Part shown: piece after piece, positions 27,729 through 40,428 of the stretch
Position numbering within the stretch: position 1 is the first letter of the stretch
Layout of the letters: each line of letters opens with the position of its first letter
Source of the DNA: an uncultured Oribacterium sp.
GTDB taxonomy: Bacteria > Bacillota > Clostridia > Lachnospirales > Lachnospiraceae
Reading direction: 5' to 3'
DNA length: 64,000 bases
Assembly: GCA_900770445.1 (NCBI GenBank)
Contig: CAAGKO010000009.1
Span: 5,918 to 69,917 of the forward strand
Translations under genes and position numbers: made by a program
The notes under the pieces: generated by a model
Told to the model about the DNA's origin: nothing
Database searches by the model: none
The model's input: the letters and a program-made list of their open reading frames with translations, nothing else

Positions 27729-29240
27729 TTACACGCGGCCTTTCCTGCGGAGCGCGAGATAGAAGGCGATGCAGATGAGGGCGCTGAGGTGGGAGCCGGC
27801 GGGGGCGGCGAGGCCCATCGCGTAGAGGCTGTCCGGAAACAGCTTCGTGGCGAGCCATGCGCCCGGGATGCGTACGAGGATCACCGAGCAGAGGTTATGG
27901 ATGAAGCTGAGGATCGACAGGCCGGAGGCACTGAAGAAGCCGGAGAATGGGAAGTGAATGCCGGCGACCACGCAGTCGAACACGTAGGTGCACATATACT
28001 GCACCGCGAGCGCCTGCACGACCGGATCCTTCGTGAACAGCGTGAAGAACGGCGCGGAGATGAACTGGAACAGGATCGCGAAGAGGAGCCCGATGCCACT
28101 GGCGAGGCCGACGCCGTACCGGAGTGTCTGACGCGCCCTCGCTGGGTCGCCGGCACCGATGGACTGCGCCGCAATCGTCGACACGGTCGACAGCATGCTG
28201 GACGGCACCAGGAAGAGGAAGCTGATCGTCTTCTCGACGATGCCGACCGCCGCCGAGATGTCGACGCCACGCCGGTTCGCGATTACGGTGATGATCAGAA
28301 ACGAAATCTGGATGAAGCCGTCCTGGCAGGCGATCGGGAGGCCAATGCTGAGAATCTGGTGCAGCATCGCCGGGTCCCACCAGGCGCTGCGATCCGCGCG
28401 GGCAGCGGCCCACCATCCTTCATTCTGTTTTGCATTCGTTCGGGTGCCCGCTGCTTCCGCACGGGCATGTTCGTTTAAAGGCATCGCTGCTTCTTCAGAT
28501 GCATGTCCCTGCGTTTTATTTGGCTTTTCTCTACCAGTATCCGCAGAAGCATTCCGGACGTCCGCGGTATCATGCTTCCGGTTGCTCGCGGTCGTCTTCC
28601 GTATGCCGACGAGCGCGAACGCCACCGACGCGGCCTGTGCCACGACCGTCGCGAGCGCTGCACCCGCTGCGCCCAGCTGCATTGGCCCCATAAAGAGGAG
28701 GTCGAGCAGGATGTTGAGGGCACAGGCCACGGCGATGAAGAGCATCGGACTGCGGCTGTCACCCATGCCGCGGAAAATCGAGCTCAGGATGTTGTACGCA
28801 ACGATAAAGGGGATGCCGGCGAAGCAGATGCGGAGATACGCGAGGGCCCCCGGGACGGCCTCAGGCGGTGTCGACAGTAGCTGGACGATCGGCTGCGTGA
28901 ATCCGAGCAGGGCACATGTGGCCAGCACGGCGATCATCGCGAAGAGGGTGATCGTGTTTCCGATGGCGCGCCGGATGCCGTCCTCGTCCTCTGCACCGAC
29001 GAAACGCCCGATCATGACGGTGGTGCCCATGGCGAGGCCGACGATCATGACGGTCACCATGTGCATGACCTGCGAACCGATCGAAACCGCCGAGATGACA
29101 TCCGCGCCATTGAAGCGGCCAGCGATGAGCAGATCCGCGAGCCCGTAGAGCGTCTGCAGGAAGTAGCTGAGAAGGTATGGGAGCGAAAACAGGATCATAT
29201 TATGGAAGAGATCGCCCTTTGCGAGATTATGTTGAGCCAT
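27729..29240 (-). CDS. MATE-family efflux transporter with an ~80-aa hydrophilic insertion between the two six-TM halves
   Basis: 12-TM MATE-like topology. RBS GAGGA before the ATG at 29240. The ORF-track start at 29372 is an upstream extension. Confidence 0.75.
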   Translation of the reverse strand: MAQHNLAKGDLFHNMILFSLPYLLSYFLQTLYGLADLLIAGRFNGADVISAVSIGSQVMHMVTVMIVGLAMGTTVMIGRFVGAEDEDGIRRAIGNTITLFAMIAVLATCALLGFTQPIVQLLSTPPEAVPGALAYLRICFAGIPFIVAYNILSSIFRGMGDSRSPMLFIAVACALNILLDLLFMGPMQLGAAGAALATVVAQAASVAFALVGIRKTTASNRKHDTADVRNASADTGREKPNKTQGHASEEAAMPLNEHARAEAAGTRTNAKQNEGWWAAARADRSAWWDPAMLHQILSIGLPIACQDGFIQISFLIITVIANRRGVDISAAVGIVEKTISFLFLVPSSMLSTVSTIAAQSIGAGDPARARQTLRYGVGLASGIGLLFAILFQFISAPFFTLFTKDPVVQALAVQYMCTYVFDCVVAGIHFPFSGFFSASGLSILSFIHNLCSVILVRIPGAWLATKLFPDSLYAMGLAAPAGSHLSALICIAFYLALRRKGRV

Positions 29241-29449
29241 GGTAAGTCCTCGATATAGGTAGTGTATGAGTGCCGGCGTCTCATGCTTAAGACGGAGCAT
29301 GTGGTTTGCCTGAACTGTTATGGTTTGCCTGCAAGATAGCGGAATGTGCGTTCTGATTTCGGCTGCAGGCATGTATCTATATTATTTTAGTGAATTTAGG
29401 AAGATTTGAAAACTGACGCCCGATTATAGCTGGCATAAACTGGAAAATT

Positions 29450-30200
29450 TCCGTAACCGTTCAGCCGGGGTGATTTTGTAACCTGTATAATTATCAAGGG
29501 ATGTCCATACCGGGCGCCTCTTCTCGTTTGCCTGCCCTCCCCAGTATACATCCTTTATCTGCGTGCATATTGGCCCCGCCCCGTGCAGGCAAACAAAAAA
29601 TCGGCGCCTGTTTTCGGCCGAGCGAGTGATGCTGTATCAAAACAGTGAAAAATGGGAAGGATGCCAACGGTAAAAGCGTATCCGAAGTTGGAGGCTGCCA
29701 CCCGGTATTTCACAAATTCGCTTTATCAGAAGCGTGTGCCATTAGGCTTTGTCACATTTTCCACTTCTGACGAACCTGTGACATTAAGTCCACTCACGCT
29801 CGCGCTGCGCCATCTGAGTAAAAATGCGGTTTTTGACGCAAAACCGCCCTTTTCAGAAGCTGTGACTTTACTCCGCCCAGATTTTTCTTCGTAAATCGCC
29901 TCGTATTCCCTCCTCGAAGCCAAATACTTAATGTCACAGCTTCGAATATTTCCCTGTCTGTGAAATAATCTAATGGCACAGATCCATGAAATCCATGATT
30001 TGTAAAAGTCACTTAATGGCATGAATCTTGAAACCGCCCCGTTTGTTACAAATTCCAGAAAATATAATGGCATCGCTCTATGAAATCCTATCTTTGCGAA
30101 AATCATATAATGTCGCTCAGCCCGAAAATCGCCTGTTTGTAACAAAGATCATAAAATCTAATGGCGCAAGAATGCTATACACAGTTTTTGTGAAAACATC
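29450..30200. repeat. Copy 2 (inverted) of the ~750-bp structured repeat
   Basis: Its reverse complement aligns base-for-base (~90%) with 14270-15020, including the TG(N)CATTA array and the GTTTGCCTGC...GCAGGCAAAC hairpin. Confidence 0.85.
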
Positions 30201-30404
30201 GGAAATCGTCATGATCGTTACTGCTCAAACGTAGTTGACTCGAGGCGTGGTTTGGCGGACAGCAACTCATGATTAGTGATACACGTAGCTGTCTAAAATT
30301 GGGTCAACTAAAAATTCTTGTGTTCTTGACAAGGGGTACAATTCACATGCTGCCTTCCTAAAACTCCGATCACCAGGTTTTTATCAGATTTCCACACGAT
30401 CAGG

Positions 30405-30590
30405 ATGCATGGGCGGCGATTTTGGTTTGTTTGCATGGGGCGGGTCCGATAAGTAAATAGATAAAGAACGTCGAATGGGGTGGGCAAACAAACAAAAAGA
30501 GACGCTCGGCATAAGCGTCTCGTAAAAATCAGCTGGGTGAGGAAGTCACTCCGGCTGAACTGTTATAAATTTCCAGGCCGCGCGCGTGTT
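30405..30590. repeat. Partial third copy (direct orientation relative to copy 1) of the GC-hairpin end of the ~750-bp repeat
   Basis: GTTTGTTTGCATGGGGCGGG...GGGGTGGGCAAACAAAC...GGCTGAACTGTTA resembles 14870-15020. Confidence 0.6.
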
Positions 30591-30619
30591 TGTGAAGGAA
30601 ATGTGAAATCTGCAAATTG

Positions 30620-30662
30620 TTAGCACTCGTCTCTTGACGTTGCTAATAGACCGTTCTATAAT
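30620..30662 (+). promoter_or_regulatory. CIRCE (HrcA) operator TTAGCACTC-N9-CGTTGCTAA overlapping a sigma-A promoter (TTGACG-N17-TATAAT) for groESL
   Basis: CIRCE consensus is TTAGCACTC-N9-GAGTGCTAA; the right arm carries 3 mismatches. -35 at 30634-30639 and -10 at 30657-30662. Confidence 0.8.
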
Positions 30663-30774
30663 ACGTTTTGTTGTTAGAAAAGAAAGCCGGACGCGTGCCG
30701 GGCTTTATATAAACAGCATCGCCGGGAGGCGAAAAGCCGAAGGGCTGAAAGCAGATATTAAGGAGGTCAATCAA

Positions 30775-31065
30775 ATGAAGCTGGTTCCATTATTTGACAG
30801 AGTCGTACTTGAGAAGGAGAAGATGGAGGAGACCACTGCAAGCGGTATCGTTCTTCCAGGTCAGAATGATAAGGAAAAGCCGGGTCAGGCACTCGTTGTA
30901 GCCGTCGGTCCTGGTGGAGTGGTCGATGGTAAGGACATCACCATGCAGGTGAAGGTCGGCGATCACGTTCTTTTCTCGAAGTATGCGGGATCCGAGGTCG
31001 AGGTTGACGGACATAAGTATACAGTCGTAAAGCAGAACGATATTCTGGCAGTCATCGAGAAGTAA
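30775..31065 (+). CDS. groES: Co-chaperonin GroES
   Basis: MKLVPLFDRVVLEK... is a GroES signature. AGGAGG RBS before the ATG at 30775. Confidence 0.92.
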   Translation: MKLVPLFDRVVLEKEKMEETTASGIVLPGQNDKEKPGQALVVAVGPGGVVDGKDITMQVKVGDHVLFSKYAGSEVEVDGHKYTVVKQNDILAVIEK

Positions 31066-31139
31066 GCATCCGACAGGATGCCGCGTCGGACCCGTGCAGA
31101 AGCGGGCAGGGCGCAGCGCAGACCGACATGAGGATGTAG

Positions 31140-32816
<1,677 letters not shown>

Positions 32817-32987
32817 TGAAATAAAATGCGTTATAATAAAGGTCCGGACTGCATTTGCGGCCCGGACCTTTGTGGATGATGACGATCTGACGGGAACATC
32901 GGATGAAGAAATGATGCGAACGGATAGCTTGTGCGAGAGGATGTTTGACGGACAGAGACATTGACCGACAGAACAGGAGGACGACAG

Positions 32988-33479
32988 ATGGATGATTATA
33001 TCGAGCACATGACGAAGGGAAAGCAGCCGGCCTACTGGACGGTGCTGCTGGTGATCGCGGGCGCGCTGTCCGTACTGTCACTGCTGTTTGCGTTTTATAA
33101 TGTGTTCGGCATCCTGCTCTTCATCGCGGTGAGCCTCGGCACCTACGTGGTCTGGCTTTTCTCGAAGGTGGAGTATGAGTATACCTATGTCGGCGGCGGC
33201 TTCACGATGGACCAGATTCTCAACAAGACGCGGCGTCGTCAGCTGGTCGATACGACGGCTTCCGAGCTGATCGTACTCGCTCCGCAGAACTCGGACGCCG
33301 TCCGCTCGGAGCTCCGGAACGCGAAGGTCATCGACTGTGCCGGCGACTGTCCGGCCGACCGGAAGTTCGGCTATGTATACAACCGTGCGGGGCAGAAGAC
33401 CTGCATGTACATCGAAGTGACCGATGCACTGCTGCGTGAGGCGAGAAGATGCACACCGCAGAAGGTAAAACTGAACTGA
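32988..33479 (+). CDS. Hypothetical small membrane protein (2 TM)
   Basis: AGGAGG RBS 8 nt upstream of the ATG at 32988. Two N-terminal hydrophobic helices. Confidence 0.5.
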   Translation: MDDYIEHMTKGKQPAYWTVLLVIAGALSVLSLLFAFYNVFGILLFIAVSLGTYVVWLFSKVEYEYTYVGGGFTMDQILNKTRRRQLVDTTASELIVLAPQNSDAVRSELRNAKVIDCAGDCPADRKFGYVYNRAGQKTCMYIEVTDALLREARRCTPQKVKLN

Positions 33480-33572
33480 TTTTAGGATAAAAGACGGGTT
33501 GAAATTCAATCCGCCTTTTGTTATACTCGTTTAAATTTTATGAAAAGTCGCGATTTGAAAGGAGATTCTTCT

Positions 33573-35039
33573 ATGGCCAAGATTATCGGTGATGGTATTA
33601 CGTTTGATGATGTGCTGCTCGTTCCGCAGTACTCCGAGGTTGTTCCGAACGAAATCGACGTTTCCACCTATCTTACGAAGTCAATTCATCTCAACATTCC
33701 ATTCATTTCTGCAGGTATGGATACGGTTACAGAGCATCAGATGGCGATCGCCATGGCGCGCTGCGGTGGTATCGGTATCATCCACAAGAATATGTCGATC
33801 GAGCAGCAGGCTGAGGAAGTCGACATGGTAAAGCGCTCGGAGAATGGTGTCATCACCGATCCGTTCTTCCTGACCGCAGATCACACCCTGAAGGATGCCA
33901 ATGATCTCATGGCGAAGTTCCGCATCTCCGGCGTGCCGATCACCGAGGGCAAGAAGCTCGTCGGTATCATCACGAACCGTGACCTCGTTTTCGAGGAGGA
34001 CTACACGAAGAAGATCAGCGAGTGCATGACGAGCGAGCACCTCGTAACGGCGAAGGAGGGTACCACCCTCGAGGAAGCGAAGCAGATCCTCGCACGTGCG
34101 AAGGTAGAGAAGCTCCCGATCGTCGATGATGAGGGTAATCTGAAGGGTCTCATCACCATCAAGGATATCGAGAAGCAGATGAAGTATCCGAACGCGGCGA
34201 AGGATGCACAGGGCAGACTCCTCTGCGGTGCCGCACTCGGTATCACAGCCAATGTCGTCGAGCGTGCACAGGAGCTCATCAACGCACATGTAGACGTCGT
34301 CGTTCTCGACTCTGCACATGGCCATAGTGCAAACGTTCTGAAGTGCGTCAGCATGCTGAAGGAGAAGTTCCCGGATCTTCAGATCATCGCAGGTAATGTC
34401 GCAACCGGTGAGGCGACCGAGGCCCTCATCAAGGCCGGCGCAGACTGCGTAAAGATCGGTATCGGACCGGGCTCCATCTGTACGACCCGTGTCGTTGCCG
34501 GTATCGGTGTTCCGCAGGTATCCGCGGTTATGAATTCGTTCGAGGTAGCCGATAAGTACGGTATCCCGATCATCGCCGATGGTGGTATCCAGTACTCCGG
34601 TGATGTCGTGAAGGCGATCGCTGCAGGTGGCAGCACCGTCATGATGGGTTCTGTATTCGCAGGCTGCGACGAGGCACCGGGTGAGTTCGAGCTCTACCAG
34701 GGCCGTAAGTATAAGGTATATCGTGGCATGGGTTCGCTCGGTGCGATGAAGCAGAAGAACGGTTCTGCGGATCGTTACTTCCAGGCGAACGCGAAGAAGC
34801 TCGTACCAGAGGGTGTCGAGGGTCGTGTCGCATACAAGGGCCGCGTAGAGGATACCATCTTCCAGTTCGTCGGTGGTCTCCGCGCAGGTATGGGCTACTG
34901 TGGTGCGAAGGATATCACGACGCTGCAGCATAACAGCCAGTTCGTGAAGATCTCCAGCGCTTCCCTGAAGGAGTCCCATCCGCATGATATTCATATCACG
35001 AAGGAAGCACCGAACTACTCGGTAGAGAATAACGACTGA
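33573..35039 (+). CDS. guaB: IMP dehydrogenase
   Basis: N-terminal [26 protein letters not shown] pair, catalytic [11 protein letters not shown] loop. Confidence 0.92.
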   Translation: MAKIIGDGITFDDVLLVPQYSEVVPNEIDVSTYLTKSIHLNIPFISAGMDTVTEHQMAIAMARCGGIGIIHKNMSIEQQAEEVDMVKRSENGVITDPFFLTADHTLKDANDLMAKFRISGVPITEGKKLVGIITNRDLVFEEDYTKKISECMTSEHLVTAKEGTTLEEAKQILARAKVEKLPIVDDEGNLKGLITIKDIEKQMKYPNAAKDAQGRLLCGAALGITANVVERAQELINAHVDVVVLDSAHGHSANVLKCVSMLKEKFPDLQIIAGNVATGEATEALIKAGADCVKIGIGPGSICTTRVVAGIGVPQVSAVMNSFEVADKYGIPIIADGGIQYSGDVVKAIAAGGSTVMMGSVFAGCDEAPGEFELYQGRKYKVYRGMGSLGAMKQKNGSADRYFQANAKKLVPEGVEGRVAYKGRVEDTIFQFVGGLRAGMGYCGAKDITTLQHNSQFVKISSASLKESHPHDIHITKEAPNYSVENND

Positions 35040-35054
35040 TAAATAATTTTTGAA

Positions 35055-35092
35055 AGGTCAGGCTGCTATGGGCCTGACCTTTTTTTATTTCC
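35055..35092 (+). terminator. Rho-independent terminator after guaB (AGGTCAGGC...GCCTGACCT + T7)
   Basis: Perfect stem followed by TTTTTTTATTT. Confidence 0.85.
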
Positions 35093-35180
35093 GTGCTAAA
35101 ATTATATCTATCTTATGGCACGAGGTCGCTGGATCGCGGCCGATGTCTACATCTGAATTCTATTTCTGAAAGAGTGTGTT

Positions 35181-37349
35181 ATGATCGAAGGATTCCTGCG
35201 GGTGGCGGTGGCCACGCCGAAAATCAAAGTTGCTGATGTGCGTTTTAATACCGATGCGGTGCTTCGTGAGATCGCAGAGGCGGATCGTCAGGGCGTCTCG
35301 CTGCTGGTGTTTCCGGAGCTGGTGCTGACGGCCTATACCTGTGCGGATCTGTTTCATCAGACGATCCTGATCGAGCGGGCAGCGGCGGCACTCGATGAGA
35401 TGGCGGAGGCGACGCGTCGCACGCAGCTCGTGGCGGTGGTCGGTGTGCCGTATATGGTCGACCACAAGCTCTATAACTGTGCGGCAGTGCTGCACGCCGG
35501 CCGCATCCTTGCGCTGGTACCGAAGAAGAATCTGCCGAACTACAGCGAGTTCTATGAGCGTCGCTGGTTCACGCCGGGACAGGCGCGTGTCGTGACACTG
35601 ACGCATCGCTCGGCGGTGACGGGTGAGGAGTACGCGATTCCGTTCGGCATGAACATCCTCGTGGAGGCGATGGATCGTCCGGATTTTCGCCTCGCGTGTG
35701 AGATCTGTGAGGACGTCTGGGTGCTGGATCCACCATCGACCCGCCATGTGCTCGCCGGCGCGACGGTGATCGCGAATACCTCGGCCTCCGATGAGACCGT
35801 TGGCAAGGACAGCTACCGTCGGGAGCTGATCCGCTCGACCAGTGCGCGGCTCGTGTCCGTCTACTGTTATGCCAATGCCGGCGACGGGGAGTCTACCACG
35901 GACCTGGTCTTCGGTGGACAGGATATCATCGCGGAGAACGGCTCCGTCGTGACGGAAGGAAGGCGCTTCGACACCGGTCTCTACATCGCGGATGTCGACC
36001 TCCAGCGCATCACGCAGGAGCGTGCCCGCATGACGACCTTCCCGGAGATCGATGATGCGCTCCGTGACGAGTACAGCATCGTGAAGTTCCGCTTCACGCC
36101 GGTGAAGGAAAGCGCCGGAGGCGAGACACAGGCATCGGCGGATACGGAGAAGGCTTCAGCTGCGGAAGCCAAGCCGCGCAAGAAGTCCTTCGAGGAGGTC
36201 TTCGCAGCGTATGTCGATCCGCAGGCATCGACCGGCGCGTCAGCGTTCGGCGGGGCGTCCCGGGCGGCCACCCGCGTGGTGCCGGAGAGATTGGCCGGAC
36301 AGCTCGCGGCGGACGCAGCCGACCTCCGGCGCTATGTCGACCCGAAGCCGTTCGTACCGAGTGGCGCGGCGGAGCGCAATGCCCGCTGCGATGAGATCTT
36401 CACGATCCAGGCGCTCGGCCTTAAGAAGCGACTCGAGCACACCGGCTGTCAGTCGGCCGTGATCGGCATCTCCGGCGGCCTCGACTCGACCCTGGCGCTG
36501 CTCGTCATCGCGCGCGCCTTCGACATGCTGGGGCTCCCGCGCGAGAATATCATCTCCGTGACCATGCCGGCGTTCGGCACCACGGACCGCACATACAATA
36601 ACGCGGTGACGCTGACGCGTCTTCTGCACGCGACGCTGCGGGAGATCAACATCAAGGCCGCGGTGCTGCAGCATTTCCAGGACATCGGGCACGACCCGGA
36701 GGATCACTCCGTGGTTTACGAGAACGCGCAGGCCCGTGAGCGGACGCAGATCCTCATGGACATCGCGAATCAGTCGAACGGCATCGTCATCGGCACCGGC
36801 GACCTCAGTGAGCTCGCGCTTGGCTGGGCGACCTACAACGCCGACCATATGTCGATGTACGGGGTCAATGCCGGCGTCCCGAAGACGCTGGTGCGCTACC
36901 TCGTCAAGTTCGTCGCCGATACTTCGGAGGATGCGGACCTCGCCCGCTGCCTGAACGACATCTTCGATACGCCGGTGAGCCCGGAGCTGCTGCCGCCGAC
37001 CGGCGACGGCCAGATCAGCCAGAAGACCGAGGACCTCGTCGGCCCGTATGAGCTTCACGACTTCTTCCTGTATCAGATTCTGCGCTACGGCTTCAGCCCG
37101 CGGAAGGTGTACGCGCTCGCGCTCCACGCCTTCTCGGCAGAGAATCAGGCGGAGGCCTACGACGCAGCGACGATCCTCAAGTGGCTCCGGAAGTTCTACT
37201 GGCGCTTCTTCTCACAGCAGTTCAAGCGCAGCTGCCTCCCGGACGGCCCGAAGGTCGGCTCCATCGCGGTCTCCCCGCGCGGCGACCTCCGCATGCCGAG
37301 CGACGCCGTCGTGCAGATCTGGATCGACGAGCTGAAGGAGCTGGATTGA
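35181..37349 (+). CDS. nadE: Glutamine-dependent NAD+ synthetase (N-terminal CN-hydrolase domain + C-terminal NAD synthetase domain)
   Basis: N-terminal nitrilase-like region (VFPELVLTAY...C). C-terminal SGGLDST PP-loop. ~70-aa low-complexity insert in the middle. Confidence 0.8.
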   Translation: MIEGFLRVAVATPKIKVADVRFNTDAVLREIAEADRQGVSLLVFPELVLTAYTCADLFHQTILIERAAAALDEMAEATRRTQLVAVVGVPYMVDHKLYNCAAVLHAGRILALVPKKNLPNYSEFYERRWFTPGQARVVTLTHRSAVTGEEYAIPFGMNILVEAMDRPDFRLACEICEDVWVLDPPSTRHVLAGATVIANTSASDETVGKDSYRRELIRSTSARLVSVYCYANAGDGESTTDLVFGGQDIIAENGSVVTEGRRFDTGLYIADVDLQRITQERARMTTFPEIDDALRDEYSIVKFRFTPVKESAGGETQASADTEKASAAEAKPRKKSFEEVFAAYVDPQASTGASAFGGASRAATRVVPERLAGQLAADAADLRRYVDPKPFVPSGAAERNARCDEIFTIQALGLKKRLEHTGCQSAVIGISGGLDSTLALLVIARAFDMLGLPRENIISVTMPAFGTTDRTYNNAVTLTRLLHATLREINIKAAVLQHFQDIGHDPEDHSVVYENAQARERTQILMDIANQSNGIVIGTGDLSELALGWATYNADHMSMYGVNAGVPKTLVRYLVKFVADTSEDADLARCLNDIFDTPVSPELLPPTGDGQISQKTEDLVGPYELHDFFLYQILRYGFSPRKVYALALHAFSAENQAEAYDAATILKWLRKFYWRFFSQQFKRSCLPDGPKVGSIAVSPRGDLRMPSDAVVQIWIDELKELD

Positions 37350-37740
37350 GGCTGCCAGGACAGAAGATGCGTGATTTCATGTAAGTATGGTTGATTCGGA
37401 GAAATCAAAGATGCGTGCATGGACGCACCGCGTCTTTGTAAAAGCATGAGCGAGCTGCTTCGTGGAAGCATCGATATATAAAATAGAAACTGTGGCCATC
37501 GTGCAGCCGGATGAAGATTCGGAAGCACGGTGGCTTTTTGTTGCCGGAGAGTTAAAGTGGATTCAGCCGGGACGAGGACGAATAGTGGGGTGTTGGCGTG
37601 ATGACTTATCCAGTTTTTCTGAAATTATCCAGAATTAGATATAACACCAGGTTTGAGCTGTGATCCTTCAATTCGTTTAACGACCGACTTGAAAAATGTG
37701 GATAAACGAGCACTATTAATAATGCACACCTTGAATTATT

Positions 37741-37855
37741 TTGCTGTAAAGTGGCAAAATCAAACGACCATGCCCGCGTTGAAGGCGCATTGAAGACATC
37801 GTCTCCTGCATATCCATGGGGGCCGCGCGGAGCGTGGAGAGGGACGCAAGGTGTG
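37741..37855. repeat. Copy of a structured intergenic element (AAAATCAAACGACCATGCCCGCGTTGAAGGCGCAT...CATGGGGGCCGCGCGGAGCGTGGAGAGG)
   Basis: Same element as at 41704-41866 (downstream of rpoD), with its modules circularly permuted. Confidence 0.6.
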
Positions 37856-37881
37856 ATAAATTCTGAGTTTTAGGAGGCAGC

Positions 37882-38769
37882 GTGGAGCGAATTACATCCA
37901 CTGGAAATAAACTGATCAGAGAGGTGCGGGATCTCGAGAAGAAGGCGCGGGCGCGTCGCGAGAGCGGGCTCTTCATCGCGGAGGGCGAGCGGCTGTGCAG
38001 CGAGATTCCGGCGGCGTACATCGAGCGGATCTTCGTGGCGGACGATTATGACGGTAGTCTGCCGGAGTTTGCAGGCGAGGTGTCGCATGATGTACAGAAC
38101 GCGCAGATGAGAGCGGAAGCGGGCGCGAATGCAGCACAGACTTCCAGCCATCCGCTGCAATCACCGGACACCGGCGGGCAGCGAAATCGTGCCTCGCAGC
38201 GGACACCGAAAATTTTTCAGGTGCCGCGCGAGCTGATGGAGCATATGTCCGACACGAAAAACAGTCAGGGTATCCTGGCAGTGGTGCGGCAGAAGAAGTA
38301 CACGGAGCTTCCGGGCGATTTCTTCCTGATTCTCGACACGCTCCAGGATCCGGGCAACATGGGCACGATTTTCCGTACTGCAGAGGCGGCGGGGGTCGAT
38401 GGCATCCTCATGAACCGCGACTGTGTGGATGTGTACTCGCCGAAGGTGGTGCGTGCGACGATGGGCGCGATGTTCCGTATGCCGTTTATGGTCAGCGATG
38501 ACCTGCCTGCGGAGATCCGGCGCATGAAGTCCGAGGGTGTGCAGGTCTACGCCGCGCATCTCCGGGGTACGAAGAACCACTGGGACTTCGACTATCGGCA
38601 GCCGACCGCGTTTATGATCGGCAACGAGGGCAACGGCCTTCAGGATGAAATCGCTACGCTAGCCGACACCTACCTCCGTATCCCGATGATGGGACACACG
38701 GAGTCGCTCAATGCAGGCGTCGCTGCGTCTGTGCTGATGTACGAAGCACTGAGGCAGCGCATGGGCTGA
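37882..38769 (+). CDS. TrmH/SpoU-family RNA 2'-O-methyltransferase (RlmB-like)
   Basis: C-terminal SpoU motifs (LDTLQDPGNMGTIFRTAEAAG; IGNEGNGL; ESLNAGVAASVLMYE). GTG start with an AGGAGG RBS. Confidence 0.7.
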   Translation: MERITSTGNKLIREVRDLEKKARARRESGLFIAEGERLCSEIPAAYIERIFVADDYDGSLPEFAGEVSHDVQNAQMRAEAGANAAQTSSHPLQSPDTGGQRNRASQRTPKIFQVPRELMEHMSDTKNSQGILAVVRQKKYTELPGDFFLILDTLQDPGNMGTIFRTAEAAGVDGILMNRDCVDVYSPKVVRATMGAMFRMPFMVSDDLPAEIRRMKSEGVQVYAAHLRGTKNHWDFDYRQPTAFMIGNEGNGLQDEIATLADTYLRIPMMGHTESLNAGVAASVLMYEALRQRMG

Positions 38770-38921
38770 GCTGCATCAGGAAAGCTTGATACAGCCAATC
38801 GGAGCCGTAAAACTTCAGCTCGGATGACGATTTGATGGAAGTAAACATTGGCATCGCGGTGATGGGACACAGTGTCCTGTCACGGCAGGCCTTATCATAA
38901 GAAGAAAGGAAGAGGAATCAG

Positions 38922-39935
38922 ATGATTGATTTAACTGGACGCGACTTTTTGAAATTACTTGACTATACACCGGAGGAAATCAATTATCTCCTCGATGTCG
39001 CTGCCCGTCTGAAGGCGGAAAAGAAGGCCGGTGCGCAGCCGGGACAGACCCTGCACAGGACGAGCTTCCCGGGCAAGAACATCGCCCTGATCTTTGAGAA
39101 GAACTCGACGAGAACGCGCTGCTCCTTCGAGGTGGCGGCGGCCGACCTCGGCATGGGCTCGACCTACCTCGGACCGACCGGTTCGCAGATCGGCAGCAAG
39201 GAGTCAATCGCGGATACCGCACGCGTGCTGAGCCGTATGTACGACGGCATCGAGTACCGTGGCTTCGGCCAGGATCTCGTGGAGGAGCTCGCGAAGTACA
39301 GCGATGTGCCGGTCTGGAATGGCCTCACGAACGAGTTCCACCCGACGCAGATGCTCGCTGACATGCTGACGATTCGTGAGCATCGTGGTGACCTGAAGGG
39401 CCAGAAGCTGGTGTATATGGGTGACGCTCGTTACAACATGGCGGATTCCTACATGGTCGTATGCGCGAAGCTCGGCATGCATTTCGTGGCCTGCGCTCCG
39501 AAGGCGTACTGGCCGAACGCAGAGCTGATCGCGACCTGCCAGGCGGTGGCAGCGGAGACCGGCGCGACGCTCAGCTTCACAGAGAGCGTACCGGAGGCCT
39601 GCCAGGATGCAGACGTGATCTGCACAGATGTATGGGTATCCATGAGTGAGCCGGATGAGGTCTGGGCGCAGCGTATTCACGACCTCAAGCCGTATCAGGT
39701 CAATGCGGACGCTTTCCGCTACGCGAAAGACGACGCCATCTTCCTGCACTGTCTGCCGGCCTTCCACGACACAAACACGAAGATCGGTAAGCAGATCTAC
39801 GAGAAGTATGGTCTCACCGAGATGGAAGTGTCTGATGAAATTTTCGAAGGCCCGCACAGCGTCGTCTTCGACGAAGCAGAGAACCGTATGCATACCATCA
39901 AGGCGGTGGTGTATACAAGTTTAGGTGGAAAATAA
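38922..39935 (+). CDS. argF: Ornithine carbamoyltransferase
   Basis: STRTR carbamoyl-phosphate motif, [17 protein letters not shown] and HCLPAFHD motifs. Confidence 0.85.
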   Translation: MIDLTGRDFLKLLDYTPEEINYLLDVAARLKAEKKAGAQPGQTLHRTSFPGKNIALIFEKNSTRTRCSFEVAAADLGMGSTYLGPTGSQIGSKESIADTARVLSRMYDGIEYRGFGQDLVEELAKYSDVPVWNGLTNEFHPTQMLADMLTIREHRGDLKGQKLVYMGDARYNMADSYMVVCAKLGMHFVACAPKAYWPNAELIATCQAVAAETGATLSFTESVPEACQDADVICTDVWVSMSEPDEVWAQRIHDLKPYQVNADAFRYAKDDAIFLHCLPAFHDTNTKIGKQIYEKYGLTEMEVSDEIFEGPHSVVFDEAENRMHTIKAVVYTSLGGK

Positions 39936-40238
39936 ATGGCAAGAATCAATGCAGCAGGGCGGCAGCCGTCCCGCACACTCGACATGGTGCACATCATCAT
40001 CGGCATCGTGATCGTGGTGATGGCGGTGATGGCATTTATCAACCCGACCGAAAATATGGTACTGTTTCCGTTGATCTTTTTCGCGACCGCGATCCTGAAG
40101 ATCGTGAGCGGAGCAAATACGATCCTGAACGCGAAGCGGGCGCATGAGCACACGAACCCGCAGGGCACGATCGAACTCGTCGTCGGCATCCTCATCGCCG
40201 TACTCGGCGTGGTGTCGGCCGTGAGTGTCTGGTATTAA
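39936..40238 (+). CDS. Small membrane protein (DUF308/HdeD-like, 3 TM)
   Basis: 100-aa hydrophobic ORF whose start abuts the argF stop. Confidence 0.5.
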   Translation: MARINAAGRQPSRTLDMVHIIIGIVIVVMAVMAFINPTENMVLFPLIFFATAILKIVSGANTILNAKRAHEHTNPQGTIELVVGILIAVLGVVSAVSVWY

Positions 40239-40428
40239 TATAAGAGTTTGTATCCATGCCTGCTTCTTCATATTCACGCGTGCATGAGAGGTCCGCAGTT
40301 TGTGGGACGATGCGTAGATGAAAACGCAGACCAGCGGAGTATGTCGGATGTAGGCATTGGACCAAGATAGAGTAACCCGGTTATGATGCGTGTCGTCATC
40401 GCCACGGAATGTAGAACAGGAGGGTAGT

